Under the pieces are notes generated by a model. It searched no databases and was not told the origin of the DNA. It saw only the letters and a program-made list of their open reading frames with translations. A stretch of 64,000 nucleotides of DNA from Adineta vaga (lineage: Eukaryota > Animalia > Rotifera), in assembly GCA_021613535.1 (NCBI GenBank), contig CP075492.1, forward strand, positions 13,888,001-13,952,000. Reading direction: 5' to 3'. A program made the translations under genes and the position numbers. Shown here piece after piece: positions 49,501 through 62,600 of the stretch (position 1 is the stretch's first letter; every line of letters starts with the position of its first letter).

Positions 49501-52500
49501 CATTAAACCAACCATCCGACATTATTCTTGATGGTGATAACTATCTGTTCATTGTCGACAGAGGAAACCATCGTGTTGTTGGATCAGGGCCAAATGGTTT
49601 TCGATGTTTAGTTGGTTGTTCAGGTTCAGCAGGTTCAGCATCGAATCAATTACAAGATCCGTATACTGTTAGTTTTGACAGTAACGGTAATATATTCGTC
49701 GTCGATTATAATAATAGTCGAATTCAAAAATTTATCTTATTAAATGAAAGTTTCGGTATGTACAATAAAGCTGAAATTTCTTTTCATAATGTTATTGAAT
49801 ATTTTAGTTCCATCGTATAATCAACCAAAAATATGTGCTAATGCATTTTGGAATCCTAATGCAATTACTATTGCAAATAATTCTACAATAGGATTACATT
49901 CTCGTGGTGTATTCGTAAATGTTAACAATACAGTTTACGTCGCTGATTATTCAAATAATCGTATTCAGATATGGATTAATGATACATTGAATCTTACGCG
50001 CACAATTTCTGGTGGTTTAACATCTCCATATTCTCTTTTCGTTACGATCAATGGTGATATTTATATTGATAATGGAGATGCAGTTGGTCGAGTTGATAAA
50101 CGAACATTACTTACAAATACAAGTGTTCCGTTCTTGTATACTAACGCTGCTTGCTACGATTTATTTGTTGATATTAAGAATATGCTTTACTGTTCAATGG
50201 CTGGTCGTCATCAAGTTATTAAAAAATGGTTATATGATAGTTCGAACACGACGACTATTGTTGCTGGCACTGGTATCAATGGTTCTGCACCAAATATGCT
50301 TTCTAATCCGCATGGAATTTTTGTTGATATCACTTGGAATTTGTATGTAGCTGATTATTACAATCATCGCATTCAATTCTTTGAATCAGGACAATTGAAT
50401 GGAATTACAGTACAGGCACTGGATCTTCAAATTTTACAATTACACTCAAGACTCCAACAGCAATAATTCTTGACGCTGATAATTACATGTTTATCGTTGA
50501 TAACAATCATAATCGTGTCATTAGATCAGGACCCAATGGTTTTTATTGTATTATAGGATGTTCTAATGTATCGGGTTCGGCATCCAATCAGCTATCGAAT
50601 CCACAGTCGATGAGTTTTGATAGTTATGGAAACTTGTTCATTGCCGACTTTGGAAATAATCGAATACAAAAATTTCTTGTGTCGACAAATTCTTGTGGTA
50701 ATATTTTATATTTTAAATGACGGATTTTATCTGAAAAAACTTTTTCTTTTAACTATTTCAGCATGTCTTTCACCGACGATCACACTCAATCCAAATACAA
50801 CGTCATTATCATTGCCAGTTCAATATCGGCGCAGGCAAGATTTTACAATAGCTCCACTTATTCAATTAAATTGTAGTAGTTCATTAGTCATGACTACTGG
50901 ATGGACAATCAAGCGTTGTAATTCATCTTGTTCGTATCAAATGCCATCTGATCCATTGATAATAACTACATTAAGTGAATTATATATTCCAGCACGAAGT
51001 TTACCGTATGGTTTATATGAAATGAAACTGACAGTGACCATGACTCAAATACCAAGTCTATCTTCAACCATTACTATTTATGTTGAAATCATTCCATCAA
51101 GTAAAACTGCCAATTTGATTCAATATGGAGTATCATTGATTACTCGTAGTTATCAACAAGATCTTCAATTAGATCCAGGGAATTATTCGACGGATCCTGA
51201 TGAAGAAGTTTTCAATGCTAGTGTAAGTTTTCCTTTTTTTGAAAATAGAATTTTCATCTCTTCTTTTTCTTCTTGTTAATTATTATTACATAGGAATGGA
51301 ATTATAAATATTACTGTCGAATTTATAATTCCTATCAATTTCCAAATATCCTAGGTTCATTGTTGACCATTGACGACATGAGAAATGATTCCTCAAATCC
51401 ATCATGTTTATCTAATCGAACAGGATGGAGATATGAGAATTCTTTCAACTCATCATTTACGATTCTTGCTGGTTCACTCCAAACCAATTTAACATATCAA
51501 TTTATGGTTCAGATGGAAAATCGTATAAGTTCAAGTATCCTAATCAAAGGTTATGTTCTTGTTCGAATTGAAAATCTGCAGCCACATCGAATTCTAATTG
51601 GGTAAATTCTTTTATATTTATTTTCGATAAGGGAAACTTTTGAATTTTCTAGTTGTGTAATAACAACTTTGTGTGAATCAAATGTAGAATTTCAAATTAT
51701 TAATCCAACAACACAAGTCGCTTTGTTTTCACTATGTGATGGAAATTGTATCACAATTGAAAGTATTACATGGTCTGTTTATTCTGGAGAATCGGATTCG
51801 TCTTCAACGACCGTTGAATGGACATTATTTGATCAAACAACTGCTATTGAAGAATTATGGTTCTTTGGTAAGTTTCAACAAGAATGCTTTTTCATGTGAG
51901 AGAGAAGATTTTATTAATTGTTTTAGGTATAAATACAAGTAATTTTACTACGACAAATCAATTGTTTTTATCCAATCCACAAACTTATTTTTGGCGATTT
52001 GAAGTTACTTATCATTTTCTAGAAGGAACTAGTTTAAATGCCGTAGATTTTATTATTAATGAACCACCTTATGATGGTTCATGTTCAATCGATCCTCTCA
52101 ATGGTAAAACAACTAGTCTCTTTACTATTACATGCTCAGATTGGATTGATGACGATGGAATCAAAGATTATACTGTTTACGGTATGTGCTTCGATCTTTC
52201 CTTGAACAAAAACAAACTTGGAAGCTTTTTTTTTCTATTTAGCTTGGACAAATGATTCGATCACTTTAATGACTATTGCTTATTCTACAGTCTCATTATT
52301 TCAACTCCTTTTACCAGCTGGAGGTAATCAAACATCATCTGTTTATCTAACTATTCGTATACAAGATCAATTCAATAGTATGGTTGATTTTAATCTGCCG
52401 ACCATTACTGTCATATCAGACACAGTTGCCATTGCTGATTTAATTGATGCTATTGAAAACTCAACTGAAGAACGATTATCAAATCCAATTGTTCAATTAC

Positions 52501-55500
52501 TTGCTAGTGGAAATCAAAATCAAATTGGACAAATATTGACATCGGTTTCACAAAGATTCAATCAGATGAATGATGATAATGTTGATAAAGCTATTTCAAG
52601 TAAATGTGAATATCATTAACTTTAATTTTATCATAGTTATTCGATTTTAGACGGCATTCCAACTGCCAGTATATCGATATCATCACTAACAGCTGAAAGT
52701 AAACAGCAAGTAACATCAACATCATGGAATCAATCTGCTTTGGATGAATATAAAAAAGAATTGAATTCTCGTGCAACTGCTCGAGATTATCTCATTACAT
52801 TCACTAAAGAATTGAGCATAAAAACATCGAATAATATTAAATTACAAGCTTCGTCATTAGCTCAACTAACTAAAGCAACAAATGAATTGACACGAACAGC
52901 TTTAGTAAGATTTCAAAGTCTATTAGTTTTCTACTAAAATTCAATTTCGATTTAGACAATTGCGTCCAGTCGATGTTATCAGTTGGCAATGACTTTAGAT
53001 TCAATGAAAACGAAAACCGCCTATGAAGATGTTCAACTTGCAGTAACTGATCTTCTTCAATGTGCCACAAATCTTTTAAGTGTAATGTATTCTTCATAAA
53101 TACAAATAGCGATCATATTTTGACTATATTTAGGCTGTAAATGGACCATTACAGCAACGAACAATTATTCTGGATTTAGATTCATTTCGAGCGACAAAAC
53201 TACCAGATGATTATGATACTAATCTCGAATTCGATTGGGCCAATCCAAGTAAGATCCTATTGTATTTCATACTATCGATATTCTTACTATGAAATATTTA
53301 GATTTGTTTGCTGCCGGTGATGATTTTTCATGGGAAACAATACAAAAGAATCGAAATGTGTATTATCAAAAGCATTTAGCGAATCAAATCAAAAGTCAAA
53401 TGGCTGCTCTCACTTCATTATTGACTTCTACATTGAATATTCATCTAAATATTGGACAAAATTTCAATATCGAGACACCACAAATAATGATGTCGTTACA
53501 AGCGATACCCAGTCAATCACTTTCAAATCAATTCACGAAACAAATCGGCAATGGTCAAGTTCGATTTCCTGAAAATCTCACTACATATCTTTTTAACAGT
53601 AGTGAAAAAGTTTCCATTCGAGTACGTTTCTTATTCATTTGTGACTTTCTTCATCGATGATCTTTTATTTTAGTCTATGATGGAACCATTAGCATCATTT
53701 GGAAATTCTGCATCATCATCAAATACAAATTTATCAAGATCAATATCATTTTCTCTACTTGATCAGAATCAAAATGAAATTCCATTTCAAACAATGGCAA
53801 ATGAATCTATTGAAATCGTTATTCCTCGAGATCCCAATCTCATCATTCCGGCAATGGTCTTACAAAATGTTACGGCAACCTCAAATTCAACTTCTCTTCA
53901 TCTTATCTTTGATTTGCATTATTTAAATCTCACAACTTCACTTCCCATCTCAGTTCACTGGGAAATTCAACCGATGAACACAGGTATCGCATATTTATTT
54001 GTCTATAGATTCGATCAAATACCACAATTAAGTAATTCTATCAATCATATCGATGGATGGACACTCCTATGTCCTTCTGCATTGGCAAATAAAAGTATAT
54101 ATACCTATTATCTTGATAATCAACATACACTAGGTCATCAATCAGTGATCTTTGGTTTACGAGAACTCGACGCAACAGAAATCAGTCAAAGTTGCTCGAA
54201 TTCAACGATCACTGACCCTCCAATTACCAATGAACGAATAAATTTCACTTCAAACTATCAACTGAGAGTTTATACATCAGGTTGTTATTATCTCGACAAA
54301 GACAATCAATGGAAATCCGATGGAGTCTTAGTTGGTCCACTCACAAATCACAGTCAAACACAATGTTATTCTACGCATCTGACAACTTTTGCAGGTGGTT
54401 TTGTTATTTTACCTGAAACAGTCGATTGGAGTTATGTTTTTGCGAATGCTGATTTTACAAAGAATCTAACTGTTTACTTGACAGTGATTTGTGTTTGTGT
54501 GATCTATATTATTTTGATCATCTATGCACGTTACTATGATAAGAAAGATGTAGAGAAATTAGGTGTAACAGTGTTACCTGATAATCACAAAGATGCTCAA
54601 TATTTTTATCAAATCATTGCATTTACTGGTCAACGAAAGAATGCTGGAACAAAATCAAATGTAAGATTATTAAAGAAAGATGATTGTCTATAGACTTTTA
54701 TCATCTATAGGTTCATTTTGTAATCCATGGTAATGATAATGATACTCATATTCGAACATTTGCTGATCCACATCGTCGAATTCTTCAACGTGGAGGTGTT
54801 GATGCATTTCTCATGAGTGTTCCTAAATCATTGGGTCTATTGAATTGTATTCGTATTTGGCATGATAATAGTGGCAAAGGTTCATCATCATCATGGTTTT
54901 TGAAATATTTGATTATTCGTGATCTGCAAACAATGGAAAAATATCATTTCATTTGTCAACAATGGTTAGCTGTTGAAAAAGATGATGGAAAAATTGAACG
55001 TGTTCTACCTGTCGCAAGTGAACTGGAAAAACGTCAATTTTCCTTTGTACTAACTAAACGAACCTATCATAGTGTTTCGGATGGTCATTTGTGGTTTTCA
55101 ATCTTTTCTCGACCACCCTCAAATCACTTCACACGTGTTCAACGATGTACATGTTGTTTTGTTCTTTTCTTTGTTTCAATGTTTTTGAATATCATGTATT
55201 ATGATCTATCGAATGAAGCAAAAAACACTAATTCAACAAATACAGCCAGTTTATCTTTCGGTTCACTTTATATTACTCCTCAACAAGTATGTAATATTGT
55301 TTTATCGATTGATTTTTATTGTATCTTATATGTATATTTAAGATAATTATTGGTATTATTGTTGAATTTTTTGCATTGATTCCAAGTTTATTACTTGTCC
55401 AATTGTTTCGACGTCTTCGTTCTCGTCAAAAACGAATTTCACCAGTATTTCAAGCTTTATCTAAAGTCAATCCATCTTCAAAAGCTCATGTTCATCAGAA

Positions 55501-57868
55501 AAAACGTTCTCGAAAGTCATCGTTAACTTTTCCATGGTGGTGTATTTTTATTGCTTATGGCTTATGTACACTCTTAGTTGGTCTGTCAATTCTATTTATC
55601 ATTGCTCGAGGTATTGAATTTGGTGATGTAAAAACACAAAAATGGTTAGCATCAATTGTCAGTGGCTTCTTCTCTTCAATTCTGCTCACTCAACCATTGA
55701 AAGTAATATTTGATTCCTCTCAGATTTGCATAAAATACATCTTTTTATTGCAGATTATATCAGTGGCCATCTTCTTTGCTTTTTTCTGTGGAAAATCAAA
55801 TGATGATAAAGAAGCTAGTGAATTACTAGATGACGATCAAATAGCTATAAAAGCTGATGAAGAATATCTTCATACGATTCAGGTTTGTCTAAAGAATTTC
55901 TGAGTTTGATTGATATAGAATGTATGTTTGTAGGAGAAATCTTCATTGACTCATCAATCTCCAATTCGTGCTAATCGTTTGAATAAAAGTGAAGTTATTC
56001 ACGCTCGTCATTATCGTATAAAAGAGATTGAAATGTGGTCAGTTATGAAAGAAGCAATGCTGTATATATGCTTCATCGCAGTTCTCTATGTGGTCATTTA
56101 TTCCAATCGTGATTCCAGTGCATTTTATCAAGTTGATCATCTTCGAAAATATTTTCTCAACACTAGACAGACTGATTTAGATTATACAAAAGTTTGTCTT
56201 ATTTTTTCTTTCAAAAGATTTTCTTTTTTATAATGCAAATCATTTAGATTTCGACAATTGATCAATACTGGACTTGGTTGGAGAATAGTTTTGTTGATAA
56301 TCTTCGTGCACAAGAATGGTATAATGGTGAACCACCTCGAAATCTGACTGGTTTCATCAATGATAAATCACATCGACTGATTGGATGGGCAACGATGAGA
56401 CAGTTGCGAATGAAAACAGTACTATGTGAAAAACAAAATGTCATCGCTTCTACATGTCAAAATGATTATAGTTTATTCAATGAAGATAAATATTCTTATG
56501 GAGTAGGATGGAAATATACCACAACGAATAATTATAATGCATCCATTCGTCAAGCATTCATTTATCAATCTGCTGATGCATTAGATACCTATGTATATAC
56601 AGGAGATCATGAAACGTATGGAGGTGGCGGTTATGTGTATGAATTTCGTGGTCGTTTATCTGATCTTCAAGGTAATCTTTCTCAACTTCATCAACTTCAA
56701 TGGATTGATGATCAAACACGAGCTGTAATAATTCAATTGACATTGTACAATCCCAATGTTCAACTCTTCACTGCTGTTACTTTTCTTGCAGAATTTCTCT
56801 CATCAAGTGGAGTTTTTACTAGTGCTCGTTTTCAACCCATTAGTTTCTATGGTAATTTCACTTCTGTAAATGAAAATAAAAAAATAATCGCTCTTCTATT
56901 TTGTAGCATTCACATCAGTTTATCAATTAGTATGTACGATTGTTTATATGATGTTGATTTTATATTTCATTTGGATTGAAATACGATTGTTCATGCAAAT
57001 GAAGTCGAAATATTTCCATCGATTTTGGTCTTATGTTGAAGTTGGAATTATTGTTTGTTCGTGGACAAGTGTTGGTATTTTTATTTGGCGATACAAAGAA
57101 AGTCAACGAATCGGAAATGTTTTTAAAGAAACGAATGGATATGCGTATATTAATTTGCAATTAGCTTCGTATATTAATGATGTTTTAACATTTTTATTTG
57201 GTTTCTGTTGTTTTTTTGGTACAATTAAGTTCGTGAAATTTTGTCGTTATAATCAACGTCTATGTTTATTTATTCAAACTCTTCGATATGCTGCAAGACA
57301 ATTACTATCATTTACAATGATGTTTTCTATTGTCTTTATGTCATTTCTTTGTCTCTTTTATTTACTATTTTCTTCGAAATTAATTGAATGTTCAAGTTTA
57401 TTGCATACAGCACAAATGTTATTCGAAATGACATTAATGAAATTTGATGCACATGAATTGAGTGGAGCTGCAGCATTTTTGGGTCCATTTTCTTTTAGTT
57501 TATTCATATTTGTAGTTGTCTTCGTATGTATGAGTATGTTTTTGTCAATCATTAATGGAGCTTTTGCTCGTGCAAGAGAAAATGTCGATGATCGGAAAAA
57601 GGAATTGTTTTCATTCATGTTGGAAACATTTCAACAATGGATCGGTATGAAAAAAACAACGGATAAAGATTATTCACTCGACGACATGCATATGCAATCT
57701 ACGAATGCAATCAATGGATTTTCGGATAAAATCGATGAATTATTAGGAGCAATCGATCGAGTATGTCAAAAATGATTTGAAGGGAATATCACTTCTTATT
57801 TCATTTATTTATAGATTTATATAAGTCAAATACGAGACAGATCAAAATTACAAGAAACAAAAGTTTAA
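46568..57868 (+). CDS. Polycystin-1-like (PKD1L/REJ family) receptor-channel with four N-terminal NHL beta-propellers; one frameshift near 50413
   Basis: Signal exon at 46568, four NHL exons, REJ-like region, GPS CYSTHL/TTFAGG, TM, PLAT (YQIIAFTG..AGTKSNV; IRIWHDNSG..WFLK), HLWFSIF..FTRVQRCTCC, TOP domain (LRAQEWYN; WIDDQTRAV..LYNPN) and channel TMs. Last exon 57815-57868. Confidence 0.9.
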
Positions 57869-58544
57869 TTCACACTCTATTCACTCAATTCCATGAACTA
57901 TTGATGTATATTCATTTCAAATGCTTTTGTAACAAAATAATGCGCTCATTATTTTTTCTGCTTACAATATCTTCTTTTTTTTTCAAGTAAATTCTGTTGA
58001 AAACAGGAGAGAATGAACTGACTTGATTATGGTTGCTCATATTGAAACAAAGAAGCTATTCTCATTGATTTTATCTGAGAAGAGATATACAGATTTCACT
58101 TCTATTTTCAGTAATCGTTGAACGTCAAATATGACGGTTTAACTACAACAATGACGACGACAGAATTTTTCATATTTTGCGTATGAATGTAATCTTAGCT
58201 TCTCTTTCAATTATTCACGATCGTAGAGTGTTAAAGTAATGAATAGAATTTATTATATCTGTCAGCAATAGATTCTAAAATACATTTTTAATAATTTCAT
58301 TAATGTATGACGCAGGTCTTGTATTATAATTTAGATTTATTGAGATAACTGTTCTTTTGGCTACAGCTTGCAGTTCAATGTTATTTTATAGAAAGAAATA
58401 ACTTAGTAGTACGAAGAATATCTTTGAAATCCAATCTGTTTTCTTTCTCATTCTTATCATTACAGAATATTTTCATAGTAATATTGTGGGAAAATAAATG
58501 AACTTTGAAGAACAGAGTTTAACAATCTATAGATTATAATCATA

Positions 58545-59492
58545 ATGACACTATCTTTTCATACTCGTTCATGGTTTCTTCTAATTCCTTTGATTCCATC
58601 GACTATTGTCAGTATCTTTAGTTTTTATCATTTGTTAAAAAATCCAATGCTTCGTCATGCTCTGCACAATCATGTTGTTATTCTTCTTTTGTTGTTTGGT
58701 CTTATCGAAGAATTTACTGATGTTATATGGCATATATACTATTATCAAACAAGAACTGCATTATCATCAACACCAGCATTTTGTCTCGCTTGGGTATATT
58801 GTAGTGCTGTGGCGTTCATATCTGTTTATTGCTTGATGTCATGGGCATCAATCGAACGACATATTCTAATCTTTTATCCAACTTGGTTTGTAACGAAAAC
58901 GAAACGTTTGCTCTATCATTATCTACCTTTAAGTATGTGCATTATCTGGCCTGTAACTTTTTATACTACCATGCTCATCATTCTACCCTGCGATATTCCC
59001 TTCAATTACAACATCCGATTATGTAATCGTTATGCATGTATTACAAGTATTCGTTGGATATCTGCATGGGATAGTATTGTTCATTATATAATGCCTGCGT
59101 TTATCATCGTTAGTTTTAGTATCGCACTTTTCGTTCGTGTTTTATATCAAAGATATCGTGTTCGTCGAAGAATTGATTGGATGAACTATAAAAAACTCGC
59201 TGGACAGTTATTACCAATATCAATACTTTCCCTTTTGCTAGATCTTCCTCCAATGACTTTATATTTTTGTTATTCACTTGGTCTTGCACGAACTGTCGCA
59301 GCAGACTACTATAGTGACACTTTATTTTTAACTTACTGGATTGTATTATTTACACCATTTGCAATTGTTATAGCAGTACCTGAATTGCGAACAAAATGTA
59401 AAGATGTAGCCTTCTTCTGGCGAACAATGCATACCGTTGCTCCACAAGTAATAATGAACTTACGAACAAACGATAGACAAGTACGATACTAA
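58545..59492 (+). CDS. Class A orphan GPCR
   Basis: Seven TM segments and a WASIERHILIF motif. Confidence 0.88.
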   Translation: MTLSFHTRSWFLLIPLIPSTIVSIFSFYHLLKNPMLRHALHNHVVILLLLFGLIEEFTDVIWHIYYYQTRTALSSTPAFCLAWVYCSAVAFISVYCLMSWASIERHILIFYPTWFVTKTKRLLYHYLPLSMCIIWPVTFYTTMLIILPCDIPFNYNIRLCNRYACITSIRWISAWDSIVHYIMPAFIIVSFSIALFVRVLYQRYRVRRRIDWMNYKKLAGQLLPISILSLLLDLPPMTLYFCYSLGLARTVAADYYSDTLFLTYWIVLFTPFAIVIAVPELRTKCKDVAFFWRTMHTVAPQVIMNLRTNDRQVRY

Positions 59493-59609
59493 TTTTTAAT
59501 ATAAATGGAAAAGAAAAGTATTCTATGCCTGTTGTCATCTCTACTATTTGAATAAACTGACGAATATTTATTTTAAAAAAGCGGTATCTTTATATCGATT
59601 AGTCATCAA

Positions 59610-62600
59610 CTAATTCAAATAAATCTTCGTTTTTCTGTTATCAATTTGTGTCAGTTCCATTTGTTGACTACTTTCTATGTTTAAGATCCATTTTAAAGGA
59701 AATCTTTGACTAATTTTAGTTTTTCCAAAATCCATTCGATATCCTTTAGATGGTAAAACAAATAGAATGAAGCCAAGTATTTGAGGAGCATATGAAAGTA
59801 AATAAGCAGGTAGAAGAGTATGTCGTTGCCATGTGGATAATTCTGAACACGCAAGACTAAATGATAGAATCGTTTGTGGAATAGCACTAAGAATAATAAT
59901 AATAGGTGTCATATATAATTCTTTTTTTGTATTGAACATTATCTTAAATATTTGTCGAAAAGTTGCGTCACTTCCAGCTACTTTTTCTCGACTTCGTGTT
60001 ACTAAAATAATGAGAATTGTAATAGCAATTGTTTGAAGTGCAAATGTTCCAAGATAATGTAAAAGTGTATTAGTACGATTGTACATTGACATGAATGAAT
60101 ACTCGAAATTGATGACACATTTATCAACGATAAGGGTTGTATATAAGATATTAGGAATATGCATAATTCCTAAAATAATTAAAGTAATAATACTTATTCC
60201 AATGGCTATATTTGGTCGTTTGAATAAGACTGAACTAGGAAAAAGAATCGTTTGAAGACGATCTAAAGTAATCCAACTAGTGAGCCAAAATGTTGCTCGT
60301 GTTGATACAAATAGTAAATAAGAAATCATTTTACAGGTGATTAAATTTAATTGATAATGCCAAGTAAAACCACCGAGAATATGAATAAATTTGAAAAGTA
60401 AAAAGAATAGAGCACATTGATTGAGAATAGAAACAATATACAAATAAATACCTACTGTTACTTTACGTGATTGTGGTCGTTTAAAAATCACAATCGAACA
60501 TAAATTAGTAAAGAGTCCAAAAAGGAAAAGAAATGTAACAAAACATGTGTAAATTATTTGAATACTTAATCGATCATTAGCGAGTAAAGAATCCAAAGTA
60601 AATCCGAATGCATATGCAGTATATTCACATCGACGACCATAGGAACATTTTGGACAAATGCAGAGAAAGTCATCTTGGTTCTTAACATCACCTCGAAGAC
60701 ATTTTCCATTCGATAAACAAAAGTTACATTGATCCGCAGATGAATCAAGACCAAAACAATCAACTCGAATATGATTATATTCACATATACATAGATAATT
60801 ATCATCATGAAAACACAACAATTTACGATTAACTTGACATAAACGATGATATTTGAAGACTGCTGTCTTAGTTGTATAATCTGTAGACAAAAAAAATGAT
60901 ATTTGTTTGTGATATATATTGTAGACTTACTTTGCAAGAATGGTAATGACATAGCATATGGACAATGTCTGGGAGTTGAATTGATATTGATACTAATTTT
61001 GTTTTCTTGAATGTATATAATGTAATATTTAGACTGTATTGAATGATCGTATAATTTTAGAACAGCAAGAGATGGTGCGACAGTTTTAGTATGATGAAAT
61101 CGAATAGAAAGCGGTACACCACTGATGACTTGTTGATTTTGAAGGAGAAGATGTAAATCATGGGGATGTACATCATAAAGTTGGATTATAGAAGCCACGG
61201 CATGATTGGTTATATTTAGATTGATTTGAATAGTAAATTTGCTTTTTTCACAATATTCTCCATGAAAGTTTGCAGAACAGTTACAAGTAAATGGTCGTTG
61301 ACCACTCGGATCATTTCTTAGATGACAAGTTCCGTTATTATGGCAAGGATGCGAAAGACATTCAGCGTGAAATAAATAACAACGTGGTCCAAAATGATGA
61401 AGAGGACAGATACAAAGAGAATTATTAGTGTTCGTCAGTTCTCCACGATCCATTGGTTTACATAGAGCATTTGGAGAACAATACGAAGAGCATGCTGCAT
61501 GAAACTTTTCACAGTTTTTACCATAGAAACCACTTTGACAAGAACACGAGAAATGAGGATATTCATGATTAAAAACAGGTCGACAGATTGAATTGGAAGG
61601 ACAAGATGTGTTGTTAACCGAACAAGGATTCATACTAACATTTCCATACCATGCAGGGAATTTGAGAACAGTAGCGAGACGAAATAAAGGTAAAAAATCA
61701 AAATATATTGGATAGAACCATGATCCAAGTTCAACAATTTGATTACTTTCAAGTTGATAAATAACAAATCTAACTGAATATGGATGATTATTGATAATAT
61801 CAGTACGATTGAAATGGCGCCTTCTCGTTTTCTCTTGCATCTCGTTTGATATTGAATATAGGAGATAGAATTTATGTTTCATATAATTATCAAGCTCTAA
61901 TTCACTATTGATTTCAAATTCATGAAAATCAATTGTTCGTTCGAAATAAAGCAACGAAGCAACAATCTTGAACCAATGGAATTTATTTGTCTGTACAAAT
62001 GTAGGTAACGAAGTCAGATCGAAATGTGTAATCACTGTTACATGATCACTGAAATATTCACACCATTTACCATAATATGAAGGTGGACAAAAACACACAA
62101 AGTCTTTTCCTTTGTATGCGATGGCAATACCTCGATTACATGTGTATGAATGTGCAATATCTGTTTTTATTCGGGCCATACTGATGATTGGGGACGACAT
62201 GTTAGAATGTTTCGAAACATTTTCACTACTGGATTTTTTTATTGATGATTGATCTTGGAAAGGAAAGATTGTCAAAGATAAGTGCTTGAATCTCCTTTGA
62301 CTTTCTTTATTGTGTCTATACTTATATTTCATATTTCCCATATATTCATTGGGAGAACACCAATATTCATCTTCCCCATATTCACAATTATGTCTGCCAT
62401 TACAGCGAGCGTTCTCTGCACATGAATTGTCGAAACATGTAACATCCATTTTGCCGGAACACTGCTCAGTATCGCGTCTGTGATGGCATAAAATCTCGTC
62501 TTTACATGCCGACAATTGGTTTTCGCATAATGATTCAATATTTAAACACTGTTGGTTTGGGCAACGAAAAGTATATCCAAGCATCGATCCATCACAACTT

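Noticed and set aside
46699-50700. Tandem DNA repeat or CRISPR-like array (recurring GGATCAGGACCAAATGGTTT)
   Set aside because: The recurrence is explained by conserved codons (GSGPNGF) in four paralogous NHL exons about 1 kb apart.
60566-60929. Hydrophobic C-terminal extension of the 1136-aa ORF
   Set aside because: It is read-through of intron 60930-60881 into the wrong frame; the spliced frame continues into the 7TM ORF.
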